This document shows, one piece after another, positions 32,708 to 43,058 of a stretch of DNA of 64,000 nt. The stretch comes from Clostridiales bacterium (GTDB lineage: Bacteria; Bacillota; Clostridia; Christensenellales; CAG-138). The notes under the pieces are model-generated. The model ran no database searches. It was not told where the DNA came from and saw only the letters and a list, made by a program, of their open reading frames with translations. A program made the translations under genes and the position numbers. The DNA lies in NCBI GenBank assembly GCA_019416935.1, contig DXWI01000002.1:103618-167617 (forward strand), in the 5' to 3' direction. Numbering within the stretch: position 1 is the first letter of the stretch; every line of letters starts with the position of its first letter.

Positions 32708-34441
32708 TTAAGTAGTCGGTCTGCCAAAGCAAACCCATTCCCATTCAGAACCGCTGATTCCCCAGTGTTTTCGTATTTGAACGCTGTTATCGCCGCCTGT
32801 GCTGTCAATCAAAAACTCATCGTTGATGTAGATAGCAACGTGATGAATCTGCATCCAGCGTTTACATTTTCCGTTGCCGCACCGATTTCTGTCTGTGCAG
32901 TAGCCCGGTCCGCGTTCCGCATCCTTCCGTGCGAAGAAAATAAGATCACCGGCCTGAAGCTGGGAAGCGTCGGTAAAGAGAACCCCCATATCCCTGCATT
33001 TTTCAGCCATACCCGTAGACGTCAGCCCATTCATAGAAGACAGCCCACAATCGCGGTATGCCGCCCGCACTAAGCCGGAACAGTCCATACTGGAATAACT
33101 GCGCCCGATATACTTTTTCGCGGCTTCTACGATTTGTGCGCCGAGCGTATTGGGAGGGAGATCGGGGTTGATGTTAAGTCCAAAACCATATTCACCGCCG
33201 TCGCCGACGGTATCTCCAAGCAGTTCTGCAAAGAGAGGATAATAGTCCGGTAACATCAGTTCTGACAGCATTTGCCTTTGATCTTTCGTAAGCGCATATT
33301 GTTCTGCTGCTTCCAGATAATCTGCACTAATCACGTTTACATAAATATAGCATGTCGTAACCTCCTGTGTGATGGGGTCGCCGTTATCATCAAGAATAGT
33401 CGTTCCCGTTTCATCGGTCGCGATGATGGTTTCGGTTTCTTCCTCTGCACGATAAGTAACCTTGTTCATGTCATAAAAGACTTCTTTTAAGCGTTCGATA
33501 TTTTCTTCATCTACAACGGTTACGTCAGCAGGATTTTCGGGATCAAGACTCGTTTTGGCTGCATATATGGCGATTACGTCCGGCCAATTCGGGAGAGGAC
33601 TGTCCAAACTTTCAAGATCACCTTCATAGATCACCTCTACCGTTTCTGCGCCTTCGGATAGTTCATCAATTTTTTCCTGTGCAGAATCGTAAAATGCAGC
33701 GTTTATGGTTTCGATGCTTTCTGTCATGGGCTTGCTCCCGTCAGAAGCTTCGTTGGCAGAAAACACGCCAAACACGGAAAGCAGCGCAATTACCAATACG
33801 ACAACAATCAAGATGATAACCGCTACCCAGCCGCCTGCTGCAATGGCGGCAATGAGAGCCTTGATCGCGGCAATAATTGCCTTGATAATGGCTATGGTCA
33901 CTTTCACGGCTGCTTTGGCTGCCGCTGCCGCAGCTCTCGCCGCAGCCTGTGCTGCTTTTGCGGTCACCTGCGCCGCTTTTGCTGCTGCCTGCATACCTTT
34001 TTGTGCTGCTTTTGCCGCCTGCTGCGCGGTTTTCACTGTTCGCTGTGCCGTTTTTACGCTTGTCTTTGCTGCTTTTGCGGTTTTTTGTGTCGTTTTTACA
34101 GTTCCTTTTGCAGCTTTTTCGGTGTTTTTGACGATGTTTTTGGTACTTTTTATCGCCTGCTTCTTTTTGCGGCGAATATCGTTCATTTTTCTTGCAAAGC
34201 GTTTGCCGCTCTGCACGGTATTTTGCTTTACTCTGTCTGCTGCGCTTTTTGTTTTCTCGCCAATCTGGTTTTCCGCATATTCTGTGAGAGATTCACTATA
34301 ATCAGATTTTACTATCGTTTCTTCTGCCTGTTTTTTCGATGAAATAAGAGAACGCCGCGCAAGCTCTTTCGGTGCTCGTGCGGCGTTATTCATCACGCGG
34401 GGCGTTCGGTCTGATGATCTTCTTGTTTTTATGTCTCTCAA
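32708..34441 (-). CDS. Conjugation-associated NlpC/P60 cell-wall hydrolase (Tn916 Orf14 analogue)
   Basis: TTG start with GAGGTGA 7 nt upstream. K/A-rich repeat region, a TM segment, and a C-terminal NlpC/P60 motif YSSMDCSGLVRAAY...GDLIFF...HHVAIY. Confidence 0.8.
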   Translation of the reverse strand: MRDIKTRRSSDRTPRVMNNAARAPKELARRSLISSKKQAEETIVKSDYSESLTEYAENQIGEKTKSAADRVKQNTVQSGKRFARKMNDIRRKKKQAIKSTKNIVKNTEKAAKGTVKTTQKTAKAAKTSVKTAQRTVKTAQQAAKAAQKGMQAAAKAAQVTAKAAQAAARAAAAAAKAAVKVTIAIIKAIIAAIKALIAAIAAGGWVAVIILIVVVLVIALLSVFGVFSANEASDGSKPMTESIETINAAFYDSAQEKIDELSEGAETVEVIYEGDLESLDSPLPNWPDVIAIYAAKTSLDPENPADVTVVDEENIERLKEVFYDMNKVTYRAEEETETIIATDETGTTILDDNGDPITQEVTTCYIYVNVISADYLEAAEQYALTKDQRQMLSELMLPDYYPLFAELLGDTVGDGGEYGFGLNINPDLPPNTLGAQIVEAAKKYIGRSYSSMDCSGLVRAAYRDCGLSSMNGLTSTGMAEKCRDMGVLFTDASQLQAGDLIFFARKDAERGPGYCTDRNRCGNGKCKRWMQIHHVAIYINDEFLIDSTGGDNSVQIRKHWGISGSEWEWVCFGRPTT

Positions 34442-34458
34442 ATTATCATCACCTCATT

Positions 34459-34485
34459 AAAAAGGCTGCGAATCCGCAGCCCTTT
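34459..34485 (-). terminator. Terminator between the anti-sigma gene and the hydrolase gene
   Basis: Minus strand ggctgcg-gatt-cgcagcc followed by ttttt. Confidence 0.6.
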
Positions 34486-34550
34486 GTAATATTTGTCTAA
34501 ACCGTTCTGTTTCGGTTTACCTCTGACTCCTAACTTTTGCCATGTATTTT

Positions 34551-35285
34551 TCAACATGACTGATTCTTTTTCTTTTTTGTATGGGAAATGGCTTCTGCGA
34601 TACATCCTCCGCAAACACATCCAACAAACACGAAAATCCATATCAGCCAACCGTTATGCAGCAATCCGCCGCCCGGATCATAACTTACCCTCCCGAACAG
34701 CCCTCCTGCAATTACACCGAGATGATATCCTGCAAATGTAAAAGCAGCAATCCATCTTTTATTGAAATAAGCAGCCGTTATGCAAATAAACGCTGCGACA
34801 AACGTACCGTTCTTCGCCACCCATGCACCGACATCATATTCGAAGAAAGCAACATTGTCCCACAAAAAATATGCTCCGATGAATCCAATAACCGCTCCTA
34901 AAACCCAGCACATTCTCGCAATACTTTCTTTGCCGCGAACAACCGATAGGATTGCGAAAGCTGCTACGGGAACCACAAACATAAGCCGAGAACCTGTAAC
35001 GCTTATATCAATTCCCAAGAACAGACCGAGCAACAGCAACGCAGCAGCGCCTACCCATATACACAGCTTCGCTTTTTTCATTATTTTTTTGTCCGCAATC
35101 TCGTCAACAGTTTCCGTCGGTATTGCGGAATAGCAGCTATATTCCTCTCGGCACGCATCACAGCTTTCTATATGTGTCAATACGAATTTGCGGCTGTTTT
35201 CACTGGCCACATTGTCCCGAACAAGCGGAATAAGGTCTCTGCAAATATCACAACAGTTTTTGTCATTCTGTAACATGGTTATCAT
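34551..35285 (-). CDS. Membrane anti-sigma factor (zf-HC2 type)
   Basis: N-terminal CCDICRDLIPLV...HIESCDACREEY zinc-finger anti-sigma motif followed by about 6 TM segments. Overlaps the sigma gene by 23 nt. Confidence 0.7.
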   Translation of the reverse strand: MITMLQNDKNCCDICRDLIPLVRDNVASENSRKFVLTHIESCDACREEYSCYSAIPTETVDEIADKKIMKKAKLCIWVGAAALLLLGLFLGIDISVTGSRLMFVVPVAAFAILSVVRGKESIARMCWVLGAVIGFIGAYFLWDNVAFFEYDVGAWVAKNGTFVAAFICITAAYFNKRWIAAFTFAGYHLGVIAGGLFGRVSYDPGGGLLHNGWLIWIFVFVGCVCGGCIAEAISHTKKKKNQSC

Positions 35286-35766
35286 ATCCTTCCTGAATCA
35301 GTATCTCTCGAATACGCTTCCTTGTGCGATGGTCTATTACGCGCACCGCACCTTCGGAAATACCTAATTGCATGGCTATCTCCCTGTGCGAATAGCCATT
35401 TATGCGCATATTGACTATCTTTTGTGTACGCTCATTCTCCTGCCCGAGCAATGCGATGATCCGCTCGCATAGCTGTCGGTTAATCACCTGCCCTGCGATG
35501 TCCTCCGCCAGATATACTTCGATCAAATCATCCAAAGTTATGGTGGGATGCTGCTTTCGCAGATATTGCAACCAACAGTTCCGCGCTATTCCAAACAACC
35601 AAGTTTTAACAGTAGATTCCCCGCGAAAAAAGGGTAGCTTCCGTATTACAATCAGAAAGCATTCTGACAGCAGATCTTCAGCAACATCTGTATCACGCGT
35701 TAAGCTAAGAAGGTAGCGATAAACGTCTTGTCTATATTTTTCATATAGTTTTTCAATTGCAAGCAT
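35263..35766 (-). CDS. ECF-type sigma-70 family RNA polymerase sigma factor
   Basis: 167 aa. Region 2 is DVAEDLLSECFLIV...WLFGIARN. Region 4 HTH is YSHREIAMQLGISEGAVRVIDHRTRKRIR. Confidence 0.8.
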   Translation of the reverse strand: MLAIEKLYEKYRQDVYRYLLSLTRDTDVAEDLLSECFLIVIRKLPFFRGESTVKTWLFGIARNCWLQYLRKQHPTITLDDLIEVYLAEDIAGQVINRQLCERIIALLGQENERTQKIVNMRINGYSHREIAMQLGISEGAVRVIDHRTRKRIREILIQEGYDNHVTE

Positions 35767-35993
35767 CTCACCACCTCCTTGTATTCACAAGTCCCATTTT
35801 CAGAGTTAACGTTACATTTTCTTCAGTTTATCATACTTGGCAATGCGAGAGAAGAAAGCCGATATCTCAACATTATTAACAATGCAGAGTCGTTGCTCCG
35901 AATACTTATCCTTATTGTCTTTCCAAACGCTGCATTTATATCACATGAAAATGCAGCGGCCAATATCAAATATCAGCCGCTGCATCATCATTC

Positions 35994-38321
35994 TTATCCC
36001 CACATTTCCGTTTCACCGGGCTTGGTCGTCATATTGCGGTACAGCTCGGTATTCTTCGGGAACCTGTTTACGAAAGGTACCAACGCGTTGCCAATCTTCA
36101 TCAGCCCGTGTCCGGCTTCTGCATTTGTGATAAACTTCATCTGATCTTCAGAGATATTGAACAGTTCGGCAAGTCGTTCCCTGTCGCTGGAAGCCTGGTT
36201 GTGCATAACGATCAGCTCCGAGTTAGAGAGCAGCGAACGGGCAGAAGCATTGTCCAGCAGATATTCCACGTTTTGGGTGATTCCCGTGGGGAAGGCATTG
36301 CGCTTTCTGAAGCGCCGCCATGCAGAGGTGAAGAACATACTGCTGTATGGATTTTCATATACCACATGAAACTCATCGAGATAAACATGGGTACGTTTGC
36401 CCTTTTTCCAGTTTTCCGTCACTCGGTTTAAGATAGCGTCGGTAATCACGAGAAGTCCCATGGTTTTCAGCTGCTCTCCGAGATCGAGAATATCATATAC
36501 GACAATCCGGCTGTTGGTATTTACGTTGGTTGGATATGCAAAGGCGTTGAGGCTGCCCTCCGTAAACAGTTCAAGGGACAGGGCAAGATCACGCGCCTCC
36601 GGCTCCGGCTGCGCAATGAGGAGTTCTCTAAGGGAAAGAAGCGTAGGCAGCGGGCCACCGTGTCTGTAGTTCTTGTAGAGGTCGCCCGTACAGCGGTCGA
36701 TGATGCTCTTATCTTTCGAGGAAAGCTCGTGTTCCTGGTCAAGCTGCTCTAACAGGGACATGACAAATTGGGATTTCTGTGCAACAGGGCTTCCCACGTC
36801 GGAATAGCCCTCTACCATGTCCATTGCGTTGATATGGTCGGGACTGCCTGCCGCAATGCGGATAATCTCACCGCCAAACTTCTCCAGCATGGTGTACTCG
36901 CGCTCGGGATCGCAGACAAGAATATCGTCGTCGGTATTAAGCGCAAGCTGCTCCATTTCGTCTTTCGCACCAAAGGATTTGCCAGAACCCGGCACGCCAA
37001 AGCGCAGTGCAGAACCGTTCATCAGTTCCGATTTATTGACGATAATCATGTTGCCGCTGATGGCGTTTTTGCCATAGTAAACTCCGCCGTTATGGAACAC
37101 TTCCTGCACACGAAACGGAATAAACACAGCTGCGCTCTCCGTGGTAAGCGTGCGAAGCGCGTCTATCTTCCTTACGCCATAGGGCAGCACGGTTTTGAGT
37201 CCCTCAAGCTGTTGATATTTGAGTGTGGCAAACTGACAGAGTCTTCCACTGCCGATGGTAAACAGCGTTTCGGTATAGTTGTCCAGTTCCTCTTTGCTGT
37301 CTGCGGTGATGACTACAGTCAATACGCCGGACATCATGCGCTGATCTCGGTTGGTAAGGTCGTTTAGGAAATCACGGCTTTCGGTGCGCTGCACCTCCAT
37401 GTCAAAGGGAATGGTTGCGGAGAAGTTATTGTTTTGATTCTGCCTCCTTTGCCAGTTGGCGATATTTGTCTCAACCCCCAAAAGGCGATTTTCGACTTCC
37501 CGGACAGCTTCGTCCATGGGAATGGGGATAATGTCAAGGGAGAGCATGATGTCTGTGCCAATATCGCAGATTTCCTTAATCATGTCATCCTTAATATAGT
37601 TGGCATAGTCTTTGAGATATACAACACGCCCGTATCTTTCATCGATTTTGAAGTGATCTTTTTCATATTCAAACGTGTCGGGGCAGATGTAGTCCTTAAA
37701 ATCATGCCCCTTTTTTGCCATATCCACAGCGTCAAAGTAAAAGGTTGTTTTCTCGTTCGGACGAAAAAAGTTATACAGAAGCGCCAGCTTGTCTGTCGTC
37801 TCCAATTCCTCGCAGCGGGAGCCAAGACGGGAAAGTGTAGTGGACAGTTCGCTTGCAATGCGGTTAAAGTAGGCGCGTGCTTCTTTAATATCTTTTTTGT
37901 AGGCGCTGACGGTAAGATACCTCAAATGACGGAAATTACCTGCGCTCATAGCGTCATGCATGATTCGAGCGTTAGATTCTTTTCGCAGGCGGTCTAATTC
38001 ATCTTCGCGCATGGGCATGAGCACCGATTCCTGTAGTGCCTTTTGATTGTATCGTTCAAGCGCAATCGTCAGCTTGTAGGTTGCTCCATATTCAAAGGAG
38101 TTAATAACGTCGCTGTACTTTAGAAACAGGTCTTTGGTATCTTCTGCCGAAAGCATGGCATAGTTAATATCCGAAAATTGAAAAGTTTTGGAAAACAGGT
38201 TTCCGACTTTGAAAATTCCGTCGTTCCAGATGGTTTTGACAGGAATAATATCCTGCACGGTTTTCGGAATGGTAAACCTTTCTCTGTCGCGTTTTAATAC
38301 ATTATGCAATGTCTTGATCAT
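35994..38321 (-). CDS. VirB4-family conjugative transfer ATPase (Tn916 Orf16-like)
   Basis: 775 aa. Walker A GVPGSGKSF. Size and position next to PrgI-like and VirB6-like genes fit. Confidence 0.85.
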   Translation of the reverse strand: MIKTLHNVLKRDRERFTIPKTVQDIIPVKTIWNDGIFKVGNLFSKTFQFSDINYAMLSAEDTKDLFLKYSDVINSFEYGATYKLTIALERYNQKALQESVLMPMREDELDRLRKESNARIMHDAMSAGNFRHLRYLTVSAYKKDIKEARAYFNRIASELSTTLSRLGSRCEELETTDKLALLYNFFRPNEKTTFYFDAVDMAKKGHDFKDYICPDTFEYEKDHFKIDERYGRVVYLKDYANYIKDDMIKEICDIGTDIMLSLDIIPIPMDEAVREVENRLLGVETNIANWQRRQNQNNNFSATIPFDMEVQRTESRDFLNDLTNRDQRMMSGVLTVVITADSKEELDNYTETLFTIGSGRLCQFATLKYQQLEGLKTVLPYGVRKIDALRTLTTESAAVFIPFRVQEVFHNGGVYYGKNAISGNMIIVNKSELMNGSALRFGVPGSGKSFGAKDEMEQLALNTDDDILVCDPEREYTMLEKFGGEIIRIAAGSPDHINAMDMVEGYSDVGSPVAQKSQFVMSLLEQLDQEHELSSKDKSIIDRCTGDLYKNYRHGGPLPTLLSLRELLIAQPEPEARDLALSLELFTEGSLNAFAYPTNVNTNSRIVVYDILDLGEQLKTMGLLVITDAILNRVTENWKKGKRTHVYLDEFHVVYENPYSSMFFTSAWRRFRKRNAFPTGITQNVEYLLDNASARSLLSNSELIVMHNQASSDRERLAELFNISEDQMKFITNAEAGHGLMKIGNALVPFVNRFPKNTELYRNMTTKPGETEMWG

Positions 38322-38682
38322 GCTCTTTCATTGCCTCCTTCTCTTTTTTTCTGATTGCGTCTTTGGTCAGTTCGTAGTATAGGTTTGTTGAGCGAAAAAC
38401 GAGTTTCTTTGGCATGAGAAATTCTGAGCGGATAAATGCCGCTATGAACTTTTCTGCGGGCATACCGTTATACTTTACAAATCCCAGTGCAGCAAACGGG
38501 ACTGCGCCCAGAATACAAAGCCAGCTTACGGTTTCCGTTCCAAGGTGATTTCTCAGTCCGAAATAGATGGCGACTGCTACGCCAACCGCCAACACCGAGA
38601 ACAAAAACTGGCGCAGATTGAGTCCGAAAAACATACTCTCTGTATATCCACGTATTTCTTTGTTGATTTTTATTTCCATCAT
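38302..38682 (-). CDS. PrgI-family small membrane protein (Tn916 Orf17-like)
   Basis: 126 aa with two TM segments. The 20-nt overlap with the virB4-like gene is the typical synteny. Confidence 0.55.
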   Translation of the reverse strand: MMEIKINKEIRGYTESMFFGLNLRQFLFSVLAVGVAVAIYFGLRNHLGTETVSWLCILGAVPFAALGFVKYNGMPAEKFIAAFIRSEFLMPKKLVFRSTNLYYELTKDAIRKKEKEAMKEHDQDIA

Positions 38683-38701
38683 GTTTCCTCCTTTTTTACA
38701 A

Positions 38702-39544
38702 TTAATGCAGTCCGAACATTTCTCTTACCACTCTGTCCGCCATCTTGACTGCTCCGGTCAATACCAGAAGATTAAATATCAGCTCACCCATATAGCTCCA
38801 TACCATGGTTACAGGCGTTGCTTCTTCAGCGACCATAGGTGGGCTTGCCGCAAATACACTGAAGATAATACACGCCAGCACGATGACCGCCCCCTCTAAG
38901 CACACGGCAGCATAGCTTTTTAAGAAGCTTTTACCGATGTTCGCAGACGGCTCACCCGCAAAAGCAGATAGGGGAATGGGTGCAATAGCCGTGTAAAGAT
39001 ATAACTTAAAAAATCGCCCGTATACGGACATAATCATGATAAATGAGAGGACTATGACAACAAGACTACCGATAAGTGATACCGCCCAGGCCGGAATAGA
39101 TTCCCAAAAAGTTAGCCCCCGTATTGCTTCTTCCATCTCCGGCGGCATGGTTACTGCTGTCTGTGCTGCAACGCCTGCTGTGTTCATTGCAGTAGAGATA
39201 ATTCCTTGCACAATACGGAACAGAGCCATCATGAGCTCAAGTCCATAGCCCACAACTGCTTTTGCAAGCACAAAGCGGATAAACAATTTTAGTGCGTGTT
39301 CCGGTTTTTTAATTTCTGTAAAACTGCCACAGGTTTTCACAACGCCCACAACAAAAAACAATACCAGCAAGGCATAGCCGATGGCTTTGAGAGCGCCGTT
39401 GATGTCTACAATAACATTCCATATTCCACCGCCCTTAAATGTTTCGGGCGATTGCGTCAGCAACAGCCATATTTCAGCAAGTTTTTCGTTCCATGTTTTA
39501 AGCGCATTGGCGATATTATCAATGATCCAGTTTCCGCTGCTCAA
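38702..39544 (-). CDS. VirB6/TrbL-like polytopic conjugal transfer membrane protein
   Basis: 280 aa, 5-6 TM segments, located in the T4SS operon. Confidence 0.6.
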   Translation of the reverse strand: MSSGNWIIDNIANALKTWNEKLAEIWLLLTQSPETFKGGGIWNVIVDINGALKAIGYALLVLFFVVGVVKTCGSFTEIKKPEHALKLFIRFVLAKAVVGYGLELMMALFRIVQGIISTAMNTAGVAAQTAVTMPPEMEEAIRGLTFWESIPAWAVSLIGSLVVIVLSFIMIMSVYGRFFKLYLYTAIAPIPLSAFAGEPSANIGKSFLKSYAAVCLEGAVIVLACIIFSVFAASPPMVAEEATPVTMVWSYMGELIFNLLVLTGAVKMADRVVREMFGLH

Positions 39545-39605
39545 GTTACTTCACCTCGCTTTCTAAAGAGGAACCTGCCGTACGGCAGGTTCCTCTTTTC
39601 ATATT

Positions 39606-39827
39606 TTATCGGGACAGTTCCGGCTTTTTAGGGGGGCGGTCTGGGATTATGCCGTATTTATCGTCCACATAGAATTCTCCTACGAAAGGGTTAAAAATCG
39701 CAGAGCACTTTACGCCATTGTAATCAGCAATATATTTGTTATCTCCGACTCGCTCTACAATCGTTGCTTCACGAAGTTCCCCTTCAAGGGAATGAATGTG
39801 CATGGGTTTTGTAAGATTCATTTTCAT
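39606..39827 (-). CDS. Small conserved ICE protein, function unknown
   Basis: 73-aa ORF in the operon. No motif recognised. Confidence 0.45.
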   Translation of the reverse strand: MKMNLTKPMHIHSLEGELREATIVERVGDNKYIADYNGVKCSAIFNPFVGEFYVDDKYGIIPDRPPKKPELSR

Positions 39828-39840
39828 AGTTGCCTCCTAA

Positions 39841-40143
39841 TCAGCCTGTAATAAGGGTTAAAATCTCGCGTGCAAAAGTAATGATAATACCGCCGGCAAG
39901 GGTCAAAAAGCCGTTTGCGCGTTGGCTTGGATCGTGGCTCTTTAATGACAACCCTACCTGCACAATACCGAATGCCAGCAGGATAATGCCGATAGCACGA
40001 ATCAAACCAAAGATAAATTCAGAAAGGTTGTTGACCACTTGTAGTGGATCGTCTGCCGCAAAGGCGGTTGTTGTGATAGAAAACACCAGCACCAACACTG
40101 CAAACAGGGTAAAAAACAGTTTCGCTTTTTTAGAGAGTTTCAT
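39841..40143 (-). CDS. Maff2-like small membrane protein
   Basis: 100 aa, signal/TM N-terminus plus two further TM segments. Lies directly downstream of the coupling protein gene (14-nt overlap), as is typical for Maff2 genes. Confidence 0.5.
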   Translation of the reverse strand: MKLSKKAKLFFTLFAVLVLVFSITTTAFAADDPLQVVNNLSEFIFGLIRAIGIILLAFGIVQVGLSLKSHDPSQRANGFLTLAGGIIITFAREILTLITG

Positions 40144-41938
40144 TTGTTGTTTCCTCCTTTTGTTGTTCTAATAATTGGTTTATTTCTTCTTCTGAGAGCA
40201 CCTCATAGTCGTCTGGGTCGCCGTCAAGGAAGATATCAGTCGGTTCAAAAGCGTAGGGAGTTTCGCCATAAACATAGGACGGGGTGCCGCCGTCCGTGGT
40301 GAGTTTCAGATCGGGGTGTTTTAAGATGTCGTACTTTTCGTCCTGCAAAGGGCGTTCGCCTCGGATAAAGAGCAGCGCATAACGATTGTCAAGCATTCTA
40401 ACCTCGTCCTGCGTTAAAAGCTCACGCCCGCTGATTTGGTAGTTGGTAGAGTAATTGCCGCTTCTGCCTGTGCTCTTTCCGTAAGTGTTCGTATCTATTG
40501 TCTCCTTGCCAAGATAGGATTCTGAGATGAGTTTGTGCGTGCTGCTTTCATTGCCGCCAAGGTACAAAAATGTGTCGCAGTTGCCGATAATGCTCTCCCA
40601 TTGCTTCTCAAACAGCGCCTTTAATTGCGCGATATTCTGGATAATGATTGACACGGAGATTTCGCGGCTTCTCATGGTCGCAAGTAGTTTGTCAAACTCA
40701 TCTGGCAGGGCGACGTTCGCAAATTCGTCCATCACGCAATGCACATGAACGGGAAGCCTTCCTCCGTGAACATGGTCAGCAATAAAATACAATTCCTGAA
40801 ATATACAGGAATACATCATGCCGATGATGAAGTTCAAGCTGCTGTCGCTGTCCGGTATAATGGCAAACAGCGCGGTCTTTCTTTCGCCAAGAGAACGAAT
40901 ATCCAGCTCGTCATGGCACATAAAGGAAGCAACCTGTGGAATATTGAATTTTTCCAGCCGAACGCCCAGCGAAATCAGAATAGATTTTGCCGTCTTACCG
41001 GCAGCCATTTTGAAAATATGGTATTGTTTCACGGCAAGATGCTCCGGCTCCCGCATGGCAAGCCGCTCAAACAGCTCGTCCAGGATACTCGCATAACTTT
41101 CATCTTCCTCGCGGACTTCCGCAGCGTTCAACATTTCCATTACCATCGGGAAATTCTGCTCATAGGACGGCGCTTCACTCATCAAGTAGAGGATCATGGC
41201 TTCCAGCAGTGCCGTTTCCGCACGTTCCCAAAAGGGATCGTTTGACGATGAGCCTTTGGGGGTGGTATTGCGGATTAAGTTATTGACCAGCTTCAGCACG
41301 TCTTTTTCGTCTCGGAGGTAGGAAAAGGGATTGAAGCCATGACTTTTTTCTGTGTTAATAAGGTCAAGCACGCGAATGTCATAGCCTTTTTCTTTCAGAA
41401 GTCCGCCTGTGTCCCTTAAAATCTCGCCTTTTGGGTCAAGTACCACAAAGGAAGTGTTCGCTTGCATGACGTTGGGTTTGGCGTAAAACCGTGTCTTGCC
41501 GGCGCCGCTGCCACCTACCACAAGAATATTGAGATTGCGGCGGTGTTTGCGTCCATCAAGCCCCATTCGGGTGTTTTGGGTTAGAATGATATTCTTTGAA
41601 AAGTCTTTATCGGCATATTTTTTGCAAACCTGTTTGGAGCTTCCCCATTGTGCGCTGCCGTGTTCTTCGCCCTTGCGGTAATTTCGGCGTGTAGCATAAT
41701 AAATACCCACGCCCAGCCCATAACAGACGAGGAAAATGAGGATTGTTTTTAAGCTATCCTCGCACCACTTTATGGCGAAAGGGCTATTCATGCCGTCCGT
41801 AAATCCTCGAATGATACCTGACAGTCCCTCCGATAAAAAAGGGGCGACCAATAAGGCCGCCCATATCACGGGAAACAATAACAAAAGAAGCAGAATCTTT
41901 GCTGTCTGCTTCTCTTCATGAGGATTCTTCATCTTCAT
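40130..41938 (-). CDS. Type IV coupling protein (VirD4/TraG family)
   Basis: 602 aa. Two N-terminal TM segments, Walker A VGGSGAGKT, Walker B-like VHCVMDEF. Confidence 0.85.
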   Translation of the reverse strand: MKMKNPHEEKQTAKILLLLLLFPVIWAALLVAPFLSEGLSGIIRGFTDGMNSPFAIKWCEDSLKTILIFLVCYGLGVGIYYATRRNYRKGEEHGSAQWGSSKQVCKKYADKDFSKNIILTQNTRMGLDGRKHRRNLNILVVGGSGAGKTRFYAKPNVMQANTSFVVLDPKGEILRDTGGLLKEKGYDIRVLDLINTEKSHGFNPFSYLRDEKDVLKLVNNLIRNTTPKGSSSNDPFWERAETALLEAMILYLMSEAPSYEQNFPMVMEMLNAAEVREEDESYASILDELFERLAMREPEHLAVKQYHIFKMAAGKTAKSILISLGVRLEKFNIPQVASFMCHDELDIRSLGERKTALFAIIPDSDSSLNFIIGMMYSCIFQELYFIADHVHGGRLPVHVHCVMDEFANVALPDEFDKLLATMRSREISVSIIIQNIAQLKALFEKQWESIIGNCDTFLYLGGNESSTHKLISESYLGKETIDTNTYGKSTGRSGNYSTNYQISGRELLTQDEVRMLDNRYALLFIRGERPLQDEKYDILKHPDLKLTTDGGTPSYVYGETPYAFEPTDIFLDGDPDDYEVLSEEEINQLLEQQKEETTNETL

Positions 41939-41992
41939 TTTCCTCGGTTTCTTTTTCGTATCTTCCCAAGCTCTCTATACACAGTATCATAG

Positions 41993-42190
41993 TTATCTCT
42001 CCATTTCCCGCATTTTGCGTTTCTGTTTTCTGGTCGGCGCGTCGATTACGTCCAGAAGTACATCGTCCACATGGTCGGTGTCTGCGCCTTTTTCAATGAG
42101 TGCGTTTCGCTTATCATTGAGGGAGTCAATGATCAAACGCCGTTCGTATTCGTCTACTTCTATCACTCTTTTTTCTTCCATATGCATCAC
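41993..42190 (-). CDS. Small acidic hypothetical protein
   Basis: 65-aa ORF overlapping the upstream gene by 4 nt. Confidence 0.4.
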   Translation of the reverse strand: MMHMEEKRVIEVDEYERRLIIDSLNDKRNALIEKGADTDHVDDVLLDVIDAPTRKQKRKMREMER

Positions 42191-43056
42191 CTCTCGGGCT
42201 GATTTTTCTGCTGCTGCCGTTCGGCATACAGGTTTTTGTCTACGCGCTCAATTATGTCGTTTGCCGCACTGCGCATTTCACCTAAAGCCGCTCGTTTTTC
42301 CCGTGTATCAAGGTTTGCATATTCTTCAGGAATTTGGTCGCAGAATTGGGGCGCTACTCCAAAGCGAATACAGGCAATATTTGCCGCACAATCACACAAA
42401 AATGTATTCGCGCTGCCATCGGCTCGCGCCATTTCACGCGAGATAGAATAGAACAGTGTGTCTCCGTCCAATCCTCTTGCGATATGAATGGCGTTTTCTT
42501 TTGGAGAATATAGCGCACCTACGGATTGCGGTACTTCACCGGACAGTTTCACCGGGACAGCAGAATTCGTCATAAGTGCTTTCAGCTTGGATTTCATCGG
42601 CATGGAAAGCGCTGCCCTTTTGTAGACTGGTTTTCCATAGGTTTGAGAAATGTCAAAACAGCGCACGACCTTGTAACCCATGGCAACGCTGCCATCTTCA
42701 CGGGTATATTCCTTGTCCTGCACGAATTGTTTAATCACTTTTTTTCCCTCGCCCTTACGAATACCACGCCCGCGTTCCTGCCAGGCTTCCGCGTCGCAGA
42801 CAAAGGTAGCGTCCGGTTTTTGCGCCATCACAAGCAGCGTGTTGTTTACCGAGGTTCTTCCGAGGTTTGCTTGCAAAGTGAGAAAGGAGCAAAGCGCCTC
42901 TTTATCACAAAGCGCCTTTTCTGCCATATTGTCAATGGCAGCATAAAGCTCTGCGCGTTCTTGTTTTTTCATTTCGACCCATTTCTCGGTCGAAAGGCGG
43001 GGCTGGGCAGATCCATACGTTCCATTGTCAAAGATTTCGTCAAAGTTTTCCATCAA
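42187..43056 (-). CDS. ArdC-N-like (ssDNA-binding, antirestriction-type) domain protein
   Basis: FLTLQANLGRTSVNNTLLVMAQKPDATFVCDAEAWQERGRGIRKGE parallels the N-terminus of the polyvalent protein (FLDSAAWLYKYPWHEQVMIYAQRPDATACAPIELWN...VNKGAKGI). The family assignment is from memory. Confidence 0.5.
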   Translation of the reverse strand: MMENFDEIFDNGTYGSAQPRLSTEKWVEMKKQERAELYAAIDNMAEKALCDKEALCSFLTLQANLGRTSVNNTLLVMAQKPDATFVCDAEAWQERGRGIRKGEGKKVIKQFVQDKEYTREDGSVAMGYKVVRCFDISQTYGKPVYKRAALSMPMKSKLKALMTNSAVPVKLSGEVPQSVGALYSPKENAIHIARGLDGDTLFYSISREMARADGSANTFLCDCAANIACIRFGVAPQFCDQIPEEYANLDTREKRAALGEMRSAANDIIERVDKNLYAERQQQKNQPER

Positions 43057-43058
43057 TA

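Noticed and set aside
33705-34342. Plus-strand ORFs (198, 113 and 60 aa) rich in Ala, Phe, Cys and Leu
   Set aside because: They run antisense to the K/A-rich repeat region of the NlpC/P60 conjugation hydrolase and are low-complexity artefacts.
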